A DNA stretch of 63,572 nucleotides, counting the filler, from Hausera hauseri (taxonomy: Eukaryota): the NCBI GenBank assembly GCA_046269625.1. It is 12 parts of 12 records of this genome, joined end to end, with 100 filler letters (N's around TTAATTAATTAA, not from the genome) between each part and the next. Parts side by side here need not be neighbours in the genome. Positions count along the whole stretch, not along the records: positions 59,032 to 63,572 come from JBJURY010535342.1; 11 more parts are not named here. One strand, 5' to 3'. Positions 62,370 through 63,572 of the stretch are shown in pieces. The position numbers and the translations under genes were made by a program. How positions within the stretch are numbered: position 1 is the first letter of the stretch; the number at the start of each line of letters is the position of its first letter. The notes beneath the pieces are model-generated. The model saw only the letters and a program-made list of their open reading frames with translations, was not told where the DNA came from and did not search any database.

Positions 62370-63572
62370 ACATATAGAAATAACGACATTGTAAGATTGC
62401 TGTTACAGCCAGTAGGGATGTTAGCATAGAGCTAACTCCAATTACACTTTTCCCCACACGCAACGAACGTAGGCAATGAATTATGGGCGTTTGTTACCAA
62501 CACCAAACTTCAAGCCAAGAAACTAGGTAAGGTCGACGGCAAGATCATCCAAACAGAAGTTCAGATTACCAGACCACTTACAAGCATGAAATCATGAGGA
62601 GTCTCCGGGAAGATATTTGCCGCTACAATCTCCCTATAGCAAATATCTTCGTCGAAAAGAGGGGCAGATTAGGGATAACGAACACCAAGAATGACCATCG
62701 GAAACAGCAGAAACAGACAAACGGATGAAGCAGATAAGAGGCAGGTTTGCCATACGCACCGAACCGTAACACTAGTGAACAGCAATCTGTTGCCAAAACA
62801 AAGAGAAAAAAGTACACGAAGACACGAAACGATCTGTGTACAAGGAAGGTTGAGAGTATTTAGGTCCACGAGCGACGAGTTTAAAAAATAAAAACAGTTG
62901 CCGCAGAGAAAACACGAACACTTGCTGTCAGAGCTCTGAATGGGACACTTCGGTAGAAGTATTTGTGTTATGCGAGCTGTATGTCCGTTGGACGACCTCT
63001 ACGCCATATTGGGAGAGTTTTGAATTATATGGGACTGTGTGTCCATTGTTTTTATACAAGCCAGCAATAGAAGGCCCTGTGTCAGTCGACTATATGGAGC
63101 TTCAGAAGTTTTATATCGTATTAGAAGATTTCTGGCCATTATCTCATTTGTAAACCCAGCGCTGTGACTAGGAATATTTCTAAGGATCTTCAGTGTATGA
63201 ATATTCGGTATAACCGTGAGTACGATAATTGTGTAGTAGGAATTAGTAAGATACAATTAGGATCCGCTATGTATACTGCAGGACATTACAGCCAGCGCAC
63301 ACATGGAGAGTTTTGTAGCGTACATATCTGAACTCTAAGTGAACAGACATAGTTGTCAACGCCATAATTGGTTGATGTGCACACTTAATTAGTGCGGGAT
63401 CCCTAGATAGTTGTATTTATGTTAGATGTGGTGGCTCATGTACATTGTGAACATTTATATTTACTCGTAACGGCGGCAATGGAGTGTACGTGCGTGCGCC
63501 TTACGGTCGGCCCCGCCATTGCTTCCATGTGTTAATGTCTAACCTCCCTACTGTGTGGAGTGAGGTCTGTTT

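Noticed and set aside
1-63572. A single giant-virus or Polinton genome (PolB, ATPase, HSP70)
   Set aside because: The genes are on separate contigs, mostly pseudogenised and mixed with spliced host genes, satellites and retroelements

Overview
This window is not one locus. It is 12 unrelated eukaryotic contigs joined by 100-nt N-TTAATTAATTAA-N linkers: C1 1-5163, C2 5264-9582, C3 9683-14303, C4 14404-22329, C5 22430-26390, C6 26491-31120, C7 31221-38146, C8 38247-42309, C9 42410-46779, C10 46880-53169, C11 53270-58931, C12 59032-63572. Most contigs look like AT-rich invertebrate animal DNA full of decayed mobile elements: three Polinton/Maverick-type protein-primed PolB pseudogenes, several Ty3/Gypsy elements, a Tc1/mariner element and two 31-bp satellites. 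Host genes include an intact intronless HSP70, a protocadherin exon and a pacifastin-like peptide gene. C10 looks like teleost DNA (FBXO15 exons, an L1-type LINE, a Polinton ATPase remnant). Two observations stand out. (1) A Gypsy family (C3+C4) has a chuvirus-like glycoprotein and a ~1000-codon unknown ORF between gag and pol, possibly as one polyprotein; a sister copy lacks the glycoprotein ectodomain. (2) A family of TG-initiated insertions shares a ~108-bp GC-rich cap but carries different host signalling-gene fragments (liprin-alpha, PI3K); one copy splits a PolB gene with a clean 5-bp target-site duplication. All protein family calls are from motif recognition by eye; no searches were run.
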